From NCBI GenBank assembly GCA_964426865.1, contig CAYRTQ010000002.1, positions 1 to 48,611 of the forward strand: 48,611 nt of DNA, in the 5' to 3' direction. This DNA comes from an uncultured bacterium (GTDB lineage: Bacteria > Latescibacterota > Latescibacteria > Latescibacterales > Latescibacteraceae). How positions within the stretch are numbered: position 1 is the stretch's first letter; every line of letters starts with the position of its first letter. Of this stretch, positions 9,524-18,155 are shown one piece after another. The notes below the pieces were generated by a model. It searched no databases. It was given only the letters and a program-made list of their open reading frames with translations, and was not told the origin of the DNA. The position numbers and the translations under genes were made by a program.

Positions 9524-10633
9524 TCAATCAGCGCTTGCGGCGAGCGCCCGCAGCCGTTTGGCCACCCAGAACGTCGTCCCCTTGTTCTGCGAGACACGCT
9601 GGAAAAGGTCGACGGCTTCCTTTTTCTTCCCCTGGGCGAGCAGCAGCTCCGCCAGGGTCACGTCGTCGGTCTGGTCCTCGAAACTCATTTCCACGCCCTC
9701 GAAGAGAACCTCCATCCGTCGCGCGGAATTTCCCGAGGGCCGGTTCTCGCGCGGGGCGAGCGCGGTGAGCCCCAGGAAGTCCACTCCGGTCGCCGCGGTT
9801 TCCATCGGAGCGGCGTCCGGAACCTTCGCCGAAAGGACGGACGGCTCACCGGCCTGAATTCCGGTGACTTCCGTTTTCGAACCGAACAGGTCGCTCAGGT
9901 TCAGCGCTTCGTGTTCTCCGGACAGCGGCTCCGGCGCGGGCAGGACAACCGTTTCCCCGATGGCCGGTGCGGACGGGGATTCTTCCCGGTTCTCCGCCAG
10001 ATTGACAAAGGACAATACTTCGGTTCTGGCCGGGACATCCGGAAGTTTGACCGGCTCCCCGGACTTTTCGGGCTCCGGTTCGAGCAGCAGTTCCCATTCC
10101 AGAGGGTCGGATTCCGCCCGTTCCTCCACCGGCAGCGCGGTCAGATCGTACATTCCGGAGGACTGTGGCTCCGAATCCGGGTTCCCCCCGGCCTCGAGCT
10201 TTTCAAGCAGCGCGGTATATTCCGCGGTGTCCTCCGGAGACAACTCCCCGTCCTCATCCTGCAGATTCATGGGGAACCCGGAGGGTTCTTCGGGGGTTTC
10301 ATCTTCTGCGGGGGCGGCGTTACCGTCCGTCTCCACGTTCGTGTTTTCCGCGGAGAGTCCGGAAAGGTCCAGTTCCTCGAACTGACGGGCGAGTTCGGAA
10401 TAATCGGAGGCCCCGATGGCATCGAAATGGCCGCTCGCCGCTTCCGACGGGGTGTCGCGGATATCCCCGCCCAAAAGTTCAGAGAGCGCGAGCCCGTCCA
10501 GATCGGTGCGCGAAGCTCCGGTGGACCGGGCGTCCGGACTCTCTTCCCGAACGAAGCCGTTGAGGATGTCCTCGTAGTTCAACGCATGGGGGGCGTTTTT
10601 TTCTTCCTGTTTTTTCCGCTTCTTTTCCGCCAT
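9524..10633 (-). CDS. Acidic low-complexity protein with a single TPR-like C-terminal helix pair; function unknown
   Basis: E/D/S/P-rich throughout, with a basic N-terminus MAEKKRKKQEEK (Met at 10633; the ORF could start at 10693). The C-terminus reads TLAELLLAQGKKKEAVDLFQRV. It has its own terminator. The opposite-strand ORFs here look like GC shadows. Confidence 0.5.
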   Translation of the reverse strand: MAEKKRKKQEEKNAPHALNYEDILNGFVREESPDARSTGASRTDLDGLALSELLGGDIRDTPSEAASGHFDAIGASDYSELARQFEELDLSGLSAENTNVETDGNAAPAEDETPEEPSGFPMNLQDEDGELSPEDTAEYTALLEKLEAGGNPDSEPQSSGMYDLTALPVEERAESDPLEWELLLEPEPEKSGEPVKLPDVPARTEVLSFVNLAENREESPSAPAIGETVVLPAPEPLSGEHEALNLSDLFGSKTEVTGIQAGEPSVLSAKVPDAAPMETAATGVDFLGLTALAPRENRPSGNSARRMEVLFEGVEMSFEDQTDDVTLAELLLAQGKKKEAVDLFQRVSQNKGTTFWVAKRLRALAASAD

Positions 10634-11044
10634 GGGAAAACCCTTTGCAGGAATGGATGTGGAACCCTTTGGCACAGGCTCAATATAGAACAAACCGGGC
10701 GGATGTCAATGATTTTGTTGCCCCCGGCGCTCCCGGGTCAGGGGACGAAGACAGCCATCCCGTCGAAAACAGTGCTTGACTCGATCCCGGCGGGACGGTT
10801 TACTGTATGGGAAAGAGACAAAGGCGCAAAGGGATGACCTGAACCGGGATTCGCCTGATTACGGGATTGTGCCGATGTGCGAAAAGCCATTGAAACATGG
10901 GGAACGCGGAGCGTCGCCGATAAACGCGAAGAGAAGCGCGGGGAACGGTAGTGTTTTTCATCAGGGCGGTCCTTTCGTTTCCCGTATCCGGACATTCGGG
11001 CGCTCACCCCTTCATTTCCGACCTTATATAATGATGGGAATCGT

Positions 11045-13378
11045 TTGAAAAGCCGCATCCAAATATCCGTACGCAACCTGGTCGATTTCACTCTCCGCTC
11101 GGGCGATCTGGAGACTTCGTTTTCCGGATCCGGGAGTACGCTCGACGGCATACGCGCCCACCAGAAAATCCAGAAATCCCGGGGGCCGGAGTTCACCGGC
11201 GAGGTGACCGTCACCCATCGGGTGGAAACGGAGCGGTTCCTGCTCGACATCGCGGGGCGCATCGACGGCGTCTTCCTTTTTCCGGACCGGGTGGTCATCG
11301 ACGAAATCAAGACCACCACCCGCGAACTGGATGCGGTGACCGTCGGGGACAATTCCCTGCACTGGGGCCAGGCGCAATGCTACGCCGCCATCTATGCGAT
11401 ACAGCACGACTGCCCGGAAATCTGGGTTCAGCTCACCTACCACCATCTCGAAACCGGTGAAACCCGCGAGATTCTCCGCTCATTCACACGGGAAGAGCTG
11501 GAGGAGTTCCTCGGAACGCTGGTGGAACGGTATCTTTCCTGGGCGGAAACCATCGCCGAATGGCGCGCCGTCCGGGATGCGTCCATATCCGCCCTGGAAT
11601 TCCCTTTTGCCGCCTACCGGGAGGGGCAGCGCGCCATGGCCGCGGCGGTGTACACCACGATCCGGGACCGCGCCCAGCTTCTCGTCCAGGCGCCCACCGG
11701 GATCGGTAAAACCATGGCTGTCCTGTTCCCCGCGGTGAAAGCGCTTCCCAATGGTCTCGCGGACAAGATATTCTACCTGACCGCCCGCACCACCGGGCGG
11801 ATGGTGGCGGAAAACGCCCTTTCGGCGCTCCGTTCGCGGGGAATGCGGCTGAAAACCATCCATCTCACCGCGAAGGAAAAGATCTGTTTTTGCCCCGATG
11901 CCGTGTGCGGCGGAGAGGAGTGCGAGTATGCCCGGGGTTACTACGACCGAATTCACGCCGCCCTGGCCGGGGCGTTCATAAGGGATGCCTTCACACGTGA
12001 AACGGTCGAGGAGATCGCTTCGGAACACCGGGTCTGCCCCTTCGAGCTTTCCCTCGATCTCTCGCTCTGGATGGACTGCATCATCTGCGATTACAACTAT
12101 GTGTACAACCCGCGGACATTCCTGAAACGGTTTTTCGCGGAAAAGAGCGGGGATTATGTCTTCCTTGTGGATGAGGCCCACAACCTGGTGGATCGGGCGA
12201 GAGACATGTTCTCGGCGGAAATCCGCAAGGCCCCCTTTCTCGAATTGCGGCGGTCGGCGGGGAAACAGCTTCCCGAAATCTCCCGTGTCCTGGGAAGGAT
12301 CAACACCTGGATGGTCGGCGCCCGTAAACGGTGCGAGGAAATCAATCCCCTCGCGGAGAAGGAGCCGCCGGAAAAGCTGTTCCCCCTCCTGCGGAAGTTC
12401 CTCACCCGGGCGGAGCGCTGGCTGGCTTCCCATCCGAAAGCCGCGTTCCGGGAGGAACTCCTCGAAGTCTACTTCGCCGTACACGGATTCCTGCGGGTCG
12501 CGGAGCAGTATGACGACGCCTATGCCGCCTGCTACGAAAAGAAGGGGGACGACCTGACGCTCACGCTGTTCTGCCTCGATCCGTCCGGTCCGCTGCGGGA
12601 GGCCGCGGAACGGGGGGTGGCCACCGTCTTTTTCTCCGCCACGCTGACTCCCGGGGAGTATTTCCGTCGTGTCTTCGGCTGCGCGGAATCCGTCCGCGAA
12701 CTGATGCTCGCCTCTCCATTCCCGGAGGAGAATCTCTGCCTGCTGGTCGCCGGGGGAATATCGACGCTGTATTCCCGGCGCGAGCGCACCAAGGACGACA
12801 TCGCCCGGATCGTCCACGCCCTGATCCGCTGTAAAAAGGGCAACTACCTGCTCTTTTTCCCTTCCTACGAATATCTGCGGATGGTACTGGAACGGTTTGT
12901 CGCGGTCAGCCCCGAAACGGATGTCATCGTGCAGACTCCGGGCATGACCGAGCCGGATCGGGAGCGGTTCATCGCCCGGTTCTCCTGTGACAACCGGGAA
13001 ACACTGGTGGGATTCGCGGTCATGGGAGGGGTGTTCGGCGAGGGCATCGATCTGGCGGGAGACCGTCTGACCGGCGCGGCCATCGTCGGGGTGGGACTCC
13101 CGGCGATCTGCCTGGAACGGGAGCTGATCCGTGAATATTTCGCGGAACGCGGCGGCGAGGGTTTCGAATTCGCCTATCTCTATCCCGGTTTCAACAAGGT
13201 TCTTCAGGCGGCGGGACGGGTCATCCGCTCGGAAACCGATCGCGGGGTGGTCCTGCTCATCGACTCGCGATTCGCCTCGGACCGGTATGAAATGCTCTTT
13301 CCCCCGGAATGGCGGGCGTCGGTTGTCGGGAACGAGACCCGGCTCGAAGGGAGAGTACTGCGGTTCTGGGAAAGGTGA
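11045..13378 (+). CDS. PD-(D/E)xK (RecB/Cas4-type) nuclease domain fused to an XPD/DinG-family Fe-S DNA helicase
   Basis: TTG start. N-terminal motifs: GRIDGV, VIDEIKT, QAQCYAAIY. Helicase motifs: APTGIGKT (Walker A), the Cys set CFCPDAVCGGEEC..VCPFE, VDEAHN (DEAH box), GVFGEGIDL and AAGRVIRS. Confidence 0.8.
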   Translation: MKSRIQISVRNLVDFTLRSGDLETSFSGSGSTLDGIRAHQKIQKSRGPEFTGEVTVTHRVETERFLLDIAGRIDGVFLFPDRVVIDEIKTTTRELDAVTVGDNSLHWGQAQCYAAIYAIQHDCPEIWVQLTYHHLETGETREILRSFTREELEEFLGTLVERYLSWAETIAEWRAVRDASISALEFPFAAYREGQRAMAAAVYTTIRDRAQLLVQAPTGIGKTMAVLFPAVKALPNGLADKIFYLTARTTGRMVAENALSALRSRGMRLKTIHLTAKEKICFCPDAVCGGEECEYARGYYDRIHAALAGAFIRDAFTRETVEEIASEHRVCPFELSLDLSLWMDCIICDYNYVYNPRTFLKRFFAEKSGDYVFLVDEAHNLVDRARDMFSAEIRKAPFLELRRSAGKQLPEISRVLGRINTWMVGARKRCEEINPLAEKEPPEKLFPLLRKFLTRAERWLASHPKAAFREELLEVYFAVHGFLRVAEQYDDAYAACYEKKGDDLTLTLFCLDPSGPLREAAERGVATVFFSATLTPGEYFRRVFGCAESVRELMLASPFPEENLCLLVAGGISTLYSRRERTKDDIARIVHALIRCKKGNYLLFFPSYEYLRMVLERFVAVSPETDVIVQTPGMTEPDRERFIARFSCDNRETLVGFAVMGGVFGEGIDLAGDRLTGAAIVGVGLPAICLERELIREYFAERGGEGFEFAYLYPGFNKVLQAAGRVIRSETDRGVVLLIDSRFASDRYEMLFPPEWRASVVGNETRLEGRVLRFWER

Positions 13379-13566
13379 GCGGAGCGCGGATATCCGCCGT
13401 GAGTTACTCATTTCAAATGCGCGAATCTCCATCCGGAAAAATATGGATAATGGGCGGTGTGTTTCATATATTTGGATTCTCCGTCCCACGGAAGCGACAG
13501 CGGCTGCGGAGGAAGAGACAATCGCGGAGCAACCTCAATCGGCATAACCAAAGGAGATAAGGATAG

Positions 13567-14223
13567 ATGGGACAGGCCACGTCCACGTTGATGAAATACA
13601 TTCATGATGGCGGACCCTCCATCATGTGGCCGCTGGTGATCATGTTCGTTCTGGCGCTCGCCATTTTCCTGTGGCGCGTCGTGGTCATCCTCATCGCGCT
13701 TTTCAATACGAAATCCCTGTACCGCAAGGTTCATGCGGCTCTGCAGGACCGGGAGAACGGGCTGGCGAACGCCATGGAAATCTGCTCGAAAACCCCCGGA
13801 CCGGTGGCCTCCATCCTTCATGCCGGACTTTCCCGCGCGCACAAGGGCATCGACCAGGTGGAAAAGGCGGTCGCCAGCGCCGGAGCGGTGGAAATGGCGT
13901 TTCTCGAAAACGGGCTGGTGTGGCTGGCGACCATCGCCAATATCGCTCCGCTCCTGGGGTTCTATGGTACGGTGGTCGGGATGATCTTTGCCTTTCAGGC
14001 CATCGCAAAGGCCGGTGACGTGGATCCCTCGGTCGTGGCGAGCGGCATCTCCATCGCCCTCATCACCACCGCGGGAGGTCTGCTGGTGGCCATGCCCACC
14101 CAGGTCGCCTACAATTTCTGTGTCTGGCTGATCGACCGGGTGGTGGTCAACATGGACGAGAGCACGAGCAGGATGATCGATACCCTGTCCGATCTCGGCT
14201 ACGACCAACCCTCCAGGACCTGA
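13567..14223 (+). CDS. exbB: MotA/TolQ/ExbB-family proton channel
   Basis: 218 aa with three TM segments. The conserved C-terminal half reads LATIANIAPLLGFYGTVVGMI..ALITTAGGLLVAMP. AGGAG lies 11 nt upstream of the ATG. Confidence 0.8.
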   Translation: MGQATSTLMKYIHDGGPSIMWPLVIMFVLALAIFLWRVVVILIALFNTKSLYRKVHAALQDRENGLANAMEICSKTPGPVASILHAGLSRAHKGIDQVEKAVASAGAVEMAFLENGLVWLATIANIAPLLGFYGTVVGMIFAFQAIAKAGDVDPSVVASGISIALITTAGGLLVAMPTQVAYNFCVWLIDRVVVNMDESTSRMIDTLSDLGYDQPSRT

Positions 14224-14240
14224 GACGGGAAAACACGCGA

Positions 14241-14645
14241 ATGAACCGGAGACTGCGCAACACCGTTGGGGCCTCGATACCCACCTCTTCCATGGCGGAC
14301 ATCGCGTTCCTGCTCATCATCTTTTTCCTGGTGACCACCTCCATGTCGCGGGACAAGGGATTGGGACTCACGCTGCCGCCCGAGGGCTCCACCACGCAGG
14401 TGCCCAGCCGCAATATCACCAGGGTCTGGATCAATACTCCCGGAGAGATCGCCCATGACGAGGAGATCGTGAATCTTGACCAGCTCGGGAGCCGCATCGC
14501 CCGGATGACCGCGGACAACCCCAACCTCATCGTCTCCATCAAAACCGCTCCCGGCGCCCGGTACGAGCGGTTCGTGGATGTGGTGGACGAGATCAAGCGC
14601 GCCGGCAACGAAAAGATATCCATCGCCGAGCCGGATGTGAGATAA
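14241..14645 (+). CDS. exbD: ExbD/TolR-family biopolymer transport protein
   Basis: 134 aa. N-terminal MADIAFLLIIFFLVTTS (typical ExbD TM) followed by a periplasmic alpha/beta domain. Confidence 0.8.
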   Translation: MNRRLRNTVGASIPTSSMADIAFLLIIFFLVTTSMSRDKGLGLTLPPEGSTTQVPSRNITRVWINTPGEIAHDEEIVNLDQLGSRIARMTADNPNLIVSIKTAPGARYERFVDVVDEIKRAGNEKISIAEPDVR

Positions 14646-14731
14646 AGAAGCGCCAGGGATCCTTGGCTGGATATTTTCTGTATCCATTTGTGTTCCAATT
14701 CCTTTAATCGTTTTTTGAATGGAAGATTCGG

Positions 14732-15154
14732 ATGGCGCATATCCAGTCCCGGTTTTCGCGGAAGAAGAAAATGGGCGGTGAAATCCCCACCGGTCCCACC
14801 GCGGATATCTCTTTCCTGCTCATCATCTTCTTCATGGTTTCGACCGTTTTTGTCGTATACCGCGGATTCCCGGTCGATCTCCCCTTGGCCGCGAAAATTG
14901 ATCCGCTCAATTCCCGGCGCAATGTGGTCAATGTCTGGGTGAGCCCCCAGGGACGGATCATGGTGGACGAATTCGACACCGATCTGTCCGGGATGGGAGC
15001 GATTGTAGCGAAAAAACTCGCGGCGAACCCCCGGGTGGTGGTCATGGTCAAATCCGACCGTAATACCGAATACCGCATGATTTCCGGGGTCATCGGCGAA
15101 CTCCGGAAAGCGAAAGCCCTCCGGGTCTCGTTCATTGCCAAAGACGAACCCTGA
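14732..15154 (+). CDS. exbD: ExbD/TolR-family biopolymer transport protein, second copy
   Basis: 140 aa. TADISFLLIIFFMVSTVF TM, colinear with the preceding ExbD. Confidence 0.8.
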   Translation: MAHIQSRFSRKKKMGGEIPTGPTADISFLLIIFFMVSTVFVVYRGFPVDLPLAAKIDPLNSRRNVVNVWVSPQGRIMVDEFDTDLSGMGAIVAKKLAANPRVVVMVKSDRNTEYRMISGVIGELRKAKALRVSFIAKDEP

Positions 15155-15183
15155 CCGGGTTATCGCCCGCTTTCCGCGTCATG

Positions 15184-17448
15184 CTACCGGAGAAGCATGA
15201 TTTTCCGCGAGCACGCCTCCGCGTCCGCCCGCACCCGCGCCACATATATCCCCGAAGCCAGAGCGGTCCCGGAGTCATCGCACCCGTCCCAGAGCGCGGT
15301 GACTTTCCCCGGTCCCGCTCTCCCGGTCATGACCGTCCTGACCTTTTGCCCCAGCACATTGAAAATGGAAACATCCACTGCGGTCTCACGGTATATCTCG
15401 AACTGTATAACGGTCCGGCTGTTGAACGGATTGGGAAAGCTCACCGCCTCCAGGGGGGGATCGGCGGGAGCGCCGGATACCCACGGACTCGGGAGCGTGG
15501 AAATCTCGTGCGTCCCGCGGTCGAAATCCACGGTTACCGTGGTCCCGTTCGAGAAAACCGACCGTTGGAGCCTGGGGTTTCCCCCGATGAATTCATGACT
15601 GACCATCTCCCGTGCGCCCGTTTTCGCGTGCAGTTCGCACATCACCCGCGCCATTTCCCGTTCTGCCCCGGTGGAATCCAGGGGCAGAGAGGGTATCCCG
15701 GCGTTGAGTACGCCATAGAGAAAGCCGGAGTCCCCCTTCGGGACGCCCCATCCCCCCGTTCCCATTTTCCAGGGTATGATGATGGCATCGTGGTAGACCA
15801 GGCTGAACAATGGCGTTGGAATGCCGATCGCGTTCCCGTTCTGGAGGTCGGGTTCGAGCGCGTGTCCCGCCGGGTCGGTCAGGTCGATATAAGGAACCGC
15901 CCAGTCCGTGGGCTCCTCGGAACTGGCGATTCCCTCCAGCTTTTGAATGAGGGCGAAACAGTTCCCGCGCAGTTTGCGGCACTCCGTGCGGCTGACAGTG
16001 TGCCCCGGGTGGTAGCACTCTTCCGGGGGAATCACCGCGAATACATCGAGAAACGCCCCCTTCACTTTTATTCCCAGGGCCAGGAGCGCGGAATGATTCC
16101 GCTCGACATATTCCGGGGCGAAATGGGGGCAGAGCAGGGATTGCGCTCCACCGTTCCATATCTGCTGATAGGGCCGTGAACCGTCCTCCATGATGATCGT
16201 GCGCTCCGGATCATAGGAGGGGGCGTCGAGATAGTAATCGCGGTACTGATCGTGGAGCATGAGCGAATATCCCAAGGAATCGCATACCCCGGCCATACGG
16301 CGCATTCCTTCCCATCCTCCCGCTTCCGGGCAGGGAGGGAGAATATCCGGATGCAGGTTGTCATACCCGCGTGTCCCCCAGCCGTCCAGATGGATGGAGG
16401 CGCGTTTCACCCCTTCTCCGGCCAGGTCGAGCATTTTACGGGTTTGCTGATCGAACGTGGCGAGCCGGTGGTTGTTCTCGGGGTGATAGGGGTCATAGCC
16501 GCGCGCGTCCGGCTGGATATGACGCAGGATATCGACATACACCACGGGCGCGCCCATCAGACGCTCCAGGTGCGGAGTTTTCCGGATTTTGTCCCGGAGC
16601 GACAGGAACGCCCCGTTCTCCACCACATATCTCCGGTATCGCTTGCATAGCTGGACATAATTTCCCCGGTCGATACGGCAGATTCGCGTTCTGCGCGGAT
16701 ACCCCAGCTTCCCGAGGGAATGTCTCCAGCGTGGTTCAATCCGGGTTGGCCCCCCGTCCGGATGGGAGAACCGGCATCCCCCGTCATCCGGGGTTTCCAG
16801 GATGGTCAGAATCGCCGAATCCCCTCGCTGAAACCCCCACCAGGGCATGTACAGTCCTCTCCCCCAGGCTTCCTCTCCATCCAGCCGCACCTCCTTCGGC
16901 CAATCGCCCGGAAGGAGCATGCCGTGCATGAACGGGACCACCGCCGTATCGGCGGCGGTGGTCAGGAATCCCCTGGGCCACACGCATTCCACAACGGGGA
17001 CGGCCTCCCGTTCCGGGGTCAGCTCGCAGACCACGTCCTCATCATCACCCTCCAGATAGATCCTCAGGCGCAGTCTCAGATCCAGATACCCGCCTTCCGG
17101 CGCCGGAAATCTATCCAGCCCGATGCTCACCCCGTCTTTGCCGTTTTCCAGAAAAGCTCCGGCGGCGACGCTTTCCGCGTCCTTCAGCGCCAGTTCATGC
17201 GTGCCTGAAGCGGTCCGGACGGTGATGTCCCCCGGCGACGAGGGCAGTGTTTCCCAATGGGTTCCGCCAGCAGTAACATCCATTCCGAGATCGTCCAGTC
17301 GCACATGGACCATGGTGTGCTCTCCGGAGATGATCCATTCACGATTCCCGGCCGCTTCACTCGTCGTAACCTGAGAAAGCGGCTTTCCCACGGGAAAGAG
17401 GGAGAGGACAATCCAAAAAGCCGGAAGAATGGTTTTTTTTATACACAT
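15184..17448 (-). CDS. Secreted protein with T9SS C-terminal sorting domain; central region looks like a TIM-barrel glycoside-hydrolase-like domain (family uncertain)
   Basis: Signal peptide MCIKKTILPAFWIVLSLFPVG (alternative Met at 17463). The centre reads ..IHLDGWGTRGYDNLHPDILPPCPEAGGWEGMRRM.. (GH-like; I recall this pattern from DUF5696-type proteins). The C-terminus FPNPFNSRTVIQFEI..VSIFNVLGQKVRT..ASGIYVARV is a Por-secretion-tail pattern. Confidence 0.6.
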   Translation of the reverse strand: MCIKKTILPAFWIVLSLFPVGKPLSQVTTSEAAGNREWIISGEHTMVHVRLDDLGMDVTAGGTHWETLPSSPGDITVRTASGTHELALKDAESVAAGAFLENGKDGVSIGLDRFPAPEGGYLDLRLRLRIYLEGDDEDVVCELTPEREAVPVVECVWPRGFLTTAADTAVVPFMHGMLLPGDWPKEVRLDGEEAWGRGLYMPWWGFQRGDSAILTILETPDDGGCRFSHPDGGPTRIEPRWRHSLGKLGYPRRTRICRIDRGNYVQLCKRYRRYVVENGAFLSLRDKIRKTPHLERLMGAPVVYVDILRHIQPDARGYDPYHPENNHRLATFDQQTRKMLDLAGEGVKRASIHLDGWGTRGYDNLHPDILPPCPEAGGWEGMRRMAGVCDSLGYSLMLHDQYRDYYLDAPSYDPERTIIMEDGSRPYQQIWNGGAQSLLCPHFAPEYVERNHSALLALGIKVKGAFLDVFAVIPPEECYHPGHTVSRTECRKLRGNCFALIQKLEGIASSEEPTDWAVPYIDLTDPAGHALEPDLQNGNAIGIPTPLFSLVYHDAIIIPWKMGTGGWGVPKGDSGFLYGVLNAGIPSLPLDSTGAEREMARVMCELHAKTGAREMVSHEFIGGNPRLQRSVFSNGTTVTVDFDRGTHEISTLPSPWVSGAPADPPLEAVSFPNPFNSRTVIQFEIYRETAVDVSIFNVLGQKVRTVMTGRAGPGKVTALWDGCDDSGTALASGIYVARVRADAEACSRKIMLLR

Positions 17449-17671
17449 ACGGAGTTGTCCCATTTTTATTATTCGCGTGGATTCATATCTGAACTTTCCG
17501 GGGCGCATGGCGTATGTCCCCATAGAAGGTGGTGGATATTTACCCGCCGGAGCATCAAAACCTGCGCGAGCGGGTCTCCCATGAGGAAAAAGATGAGCAT
17601 GCAGAAAAGTGTTATTGAGGTATAATCGGGTTTTGCTATTGGGGATATCCAAAAACGGCATGAATATGGCG

Positions 17672-17728
17672 TTTGTAAAAATATATATTAATATATAACT
17701 TAATAAAATATTAATATAAGATTAAATC
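17672..17728. other. Extreme AT-rich island between divergent secreted-protein genes
   Basis: tttgtaaaaatatatattaatatataacttaataaaatattaatataagattaaat in an otherwise GC-rich contig. It lies upstream of the 15184..17448 (-) gene and, further away, of 18156 (+). Confidence 0.9.
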
Positions 17729-17925
17729 CTGCGATCCCCAATTCGTGATGAAGCGACGAAGAAAGAAGAGGACTCTGAGTGAACCGGTGATGTTCAAGCA
17801 GCGGCAAGTGGCTTTGGGAACAACCTTGGGGTCAGGTTTGATCCCGGAATCGGCGGGGGATTCGGCCACTCTACTTCTCTGCCGGTATCGTGGTTACATG
17901 CCGCCTTCAGAATACTTCTTACTTC

Positions 17926-18073
17926 TTCAACTGGACAGTGTCGGGTGGATTGCGCTTCGACACTTCGACACTTCGACAGGCTCAGTGTCCGCAGGCTCAG
18001 CGCCCGACGCTGGCTGAGCGTGTCGAAGCCAGCACATCGGAAACACGTTTACCCAATGGTATCGACTTGACAG
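17926..18073 (+). repeat. MITE-like hairpin repeat, copy A1
   Basis: Shares ..TCAACTGGAyAGTGT..GGATTGCGCTTCGACACTTCGAC..GCTCAGTGTCCGCAGGCTsAGCGCCCG.CGCTGGCTGAGC.TGTCGAAGCCAGCACATCGGAAACACGTTT.CCCAAT.GTATCGACTTGACA with 42584-42747. It ends about 80 nt before the 18156 start codon. Confidence 0.85.
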
Positions 18074-18155
18074 AGCACTACAATTTGGCCATGCGGCGCT
18101 GCTTTGGAATCATATCCGCCTTTGTATCCAATACAGGGAGAGAGGGATATACTCC

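Noticed and set aside
9524-10633. Acidic Pro/Glu-containing protein as a candidate for the missing TonB
   Set aside because: It has no N-terminal TM anchor, no TonB C-terminal domain pattern, is on the opposite strand and is 3 kb from exbBDD.
11480-13489. 669-aa minus-strand ORF opposite the nuclease-helicase. Similar long antisense frames: 43..1590 (beyond nt 177), 7355..8317, 15181..16179, 23910..25499, 37385..38491, 38582..39838, 44333..46051
   Set aside because: All lie opposite genes with strong motif support and have R/G/P-rich composition without motifs or SD sequences.
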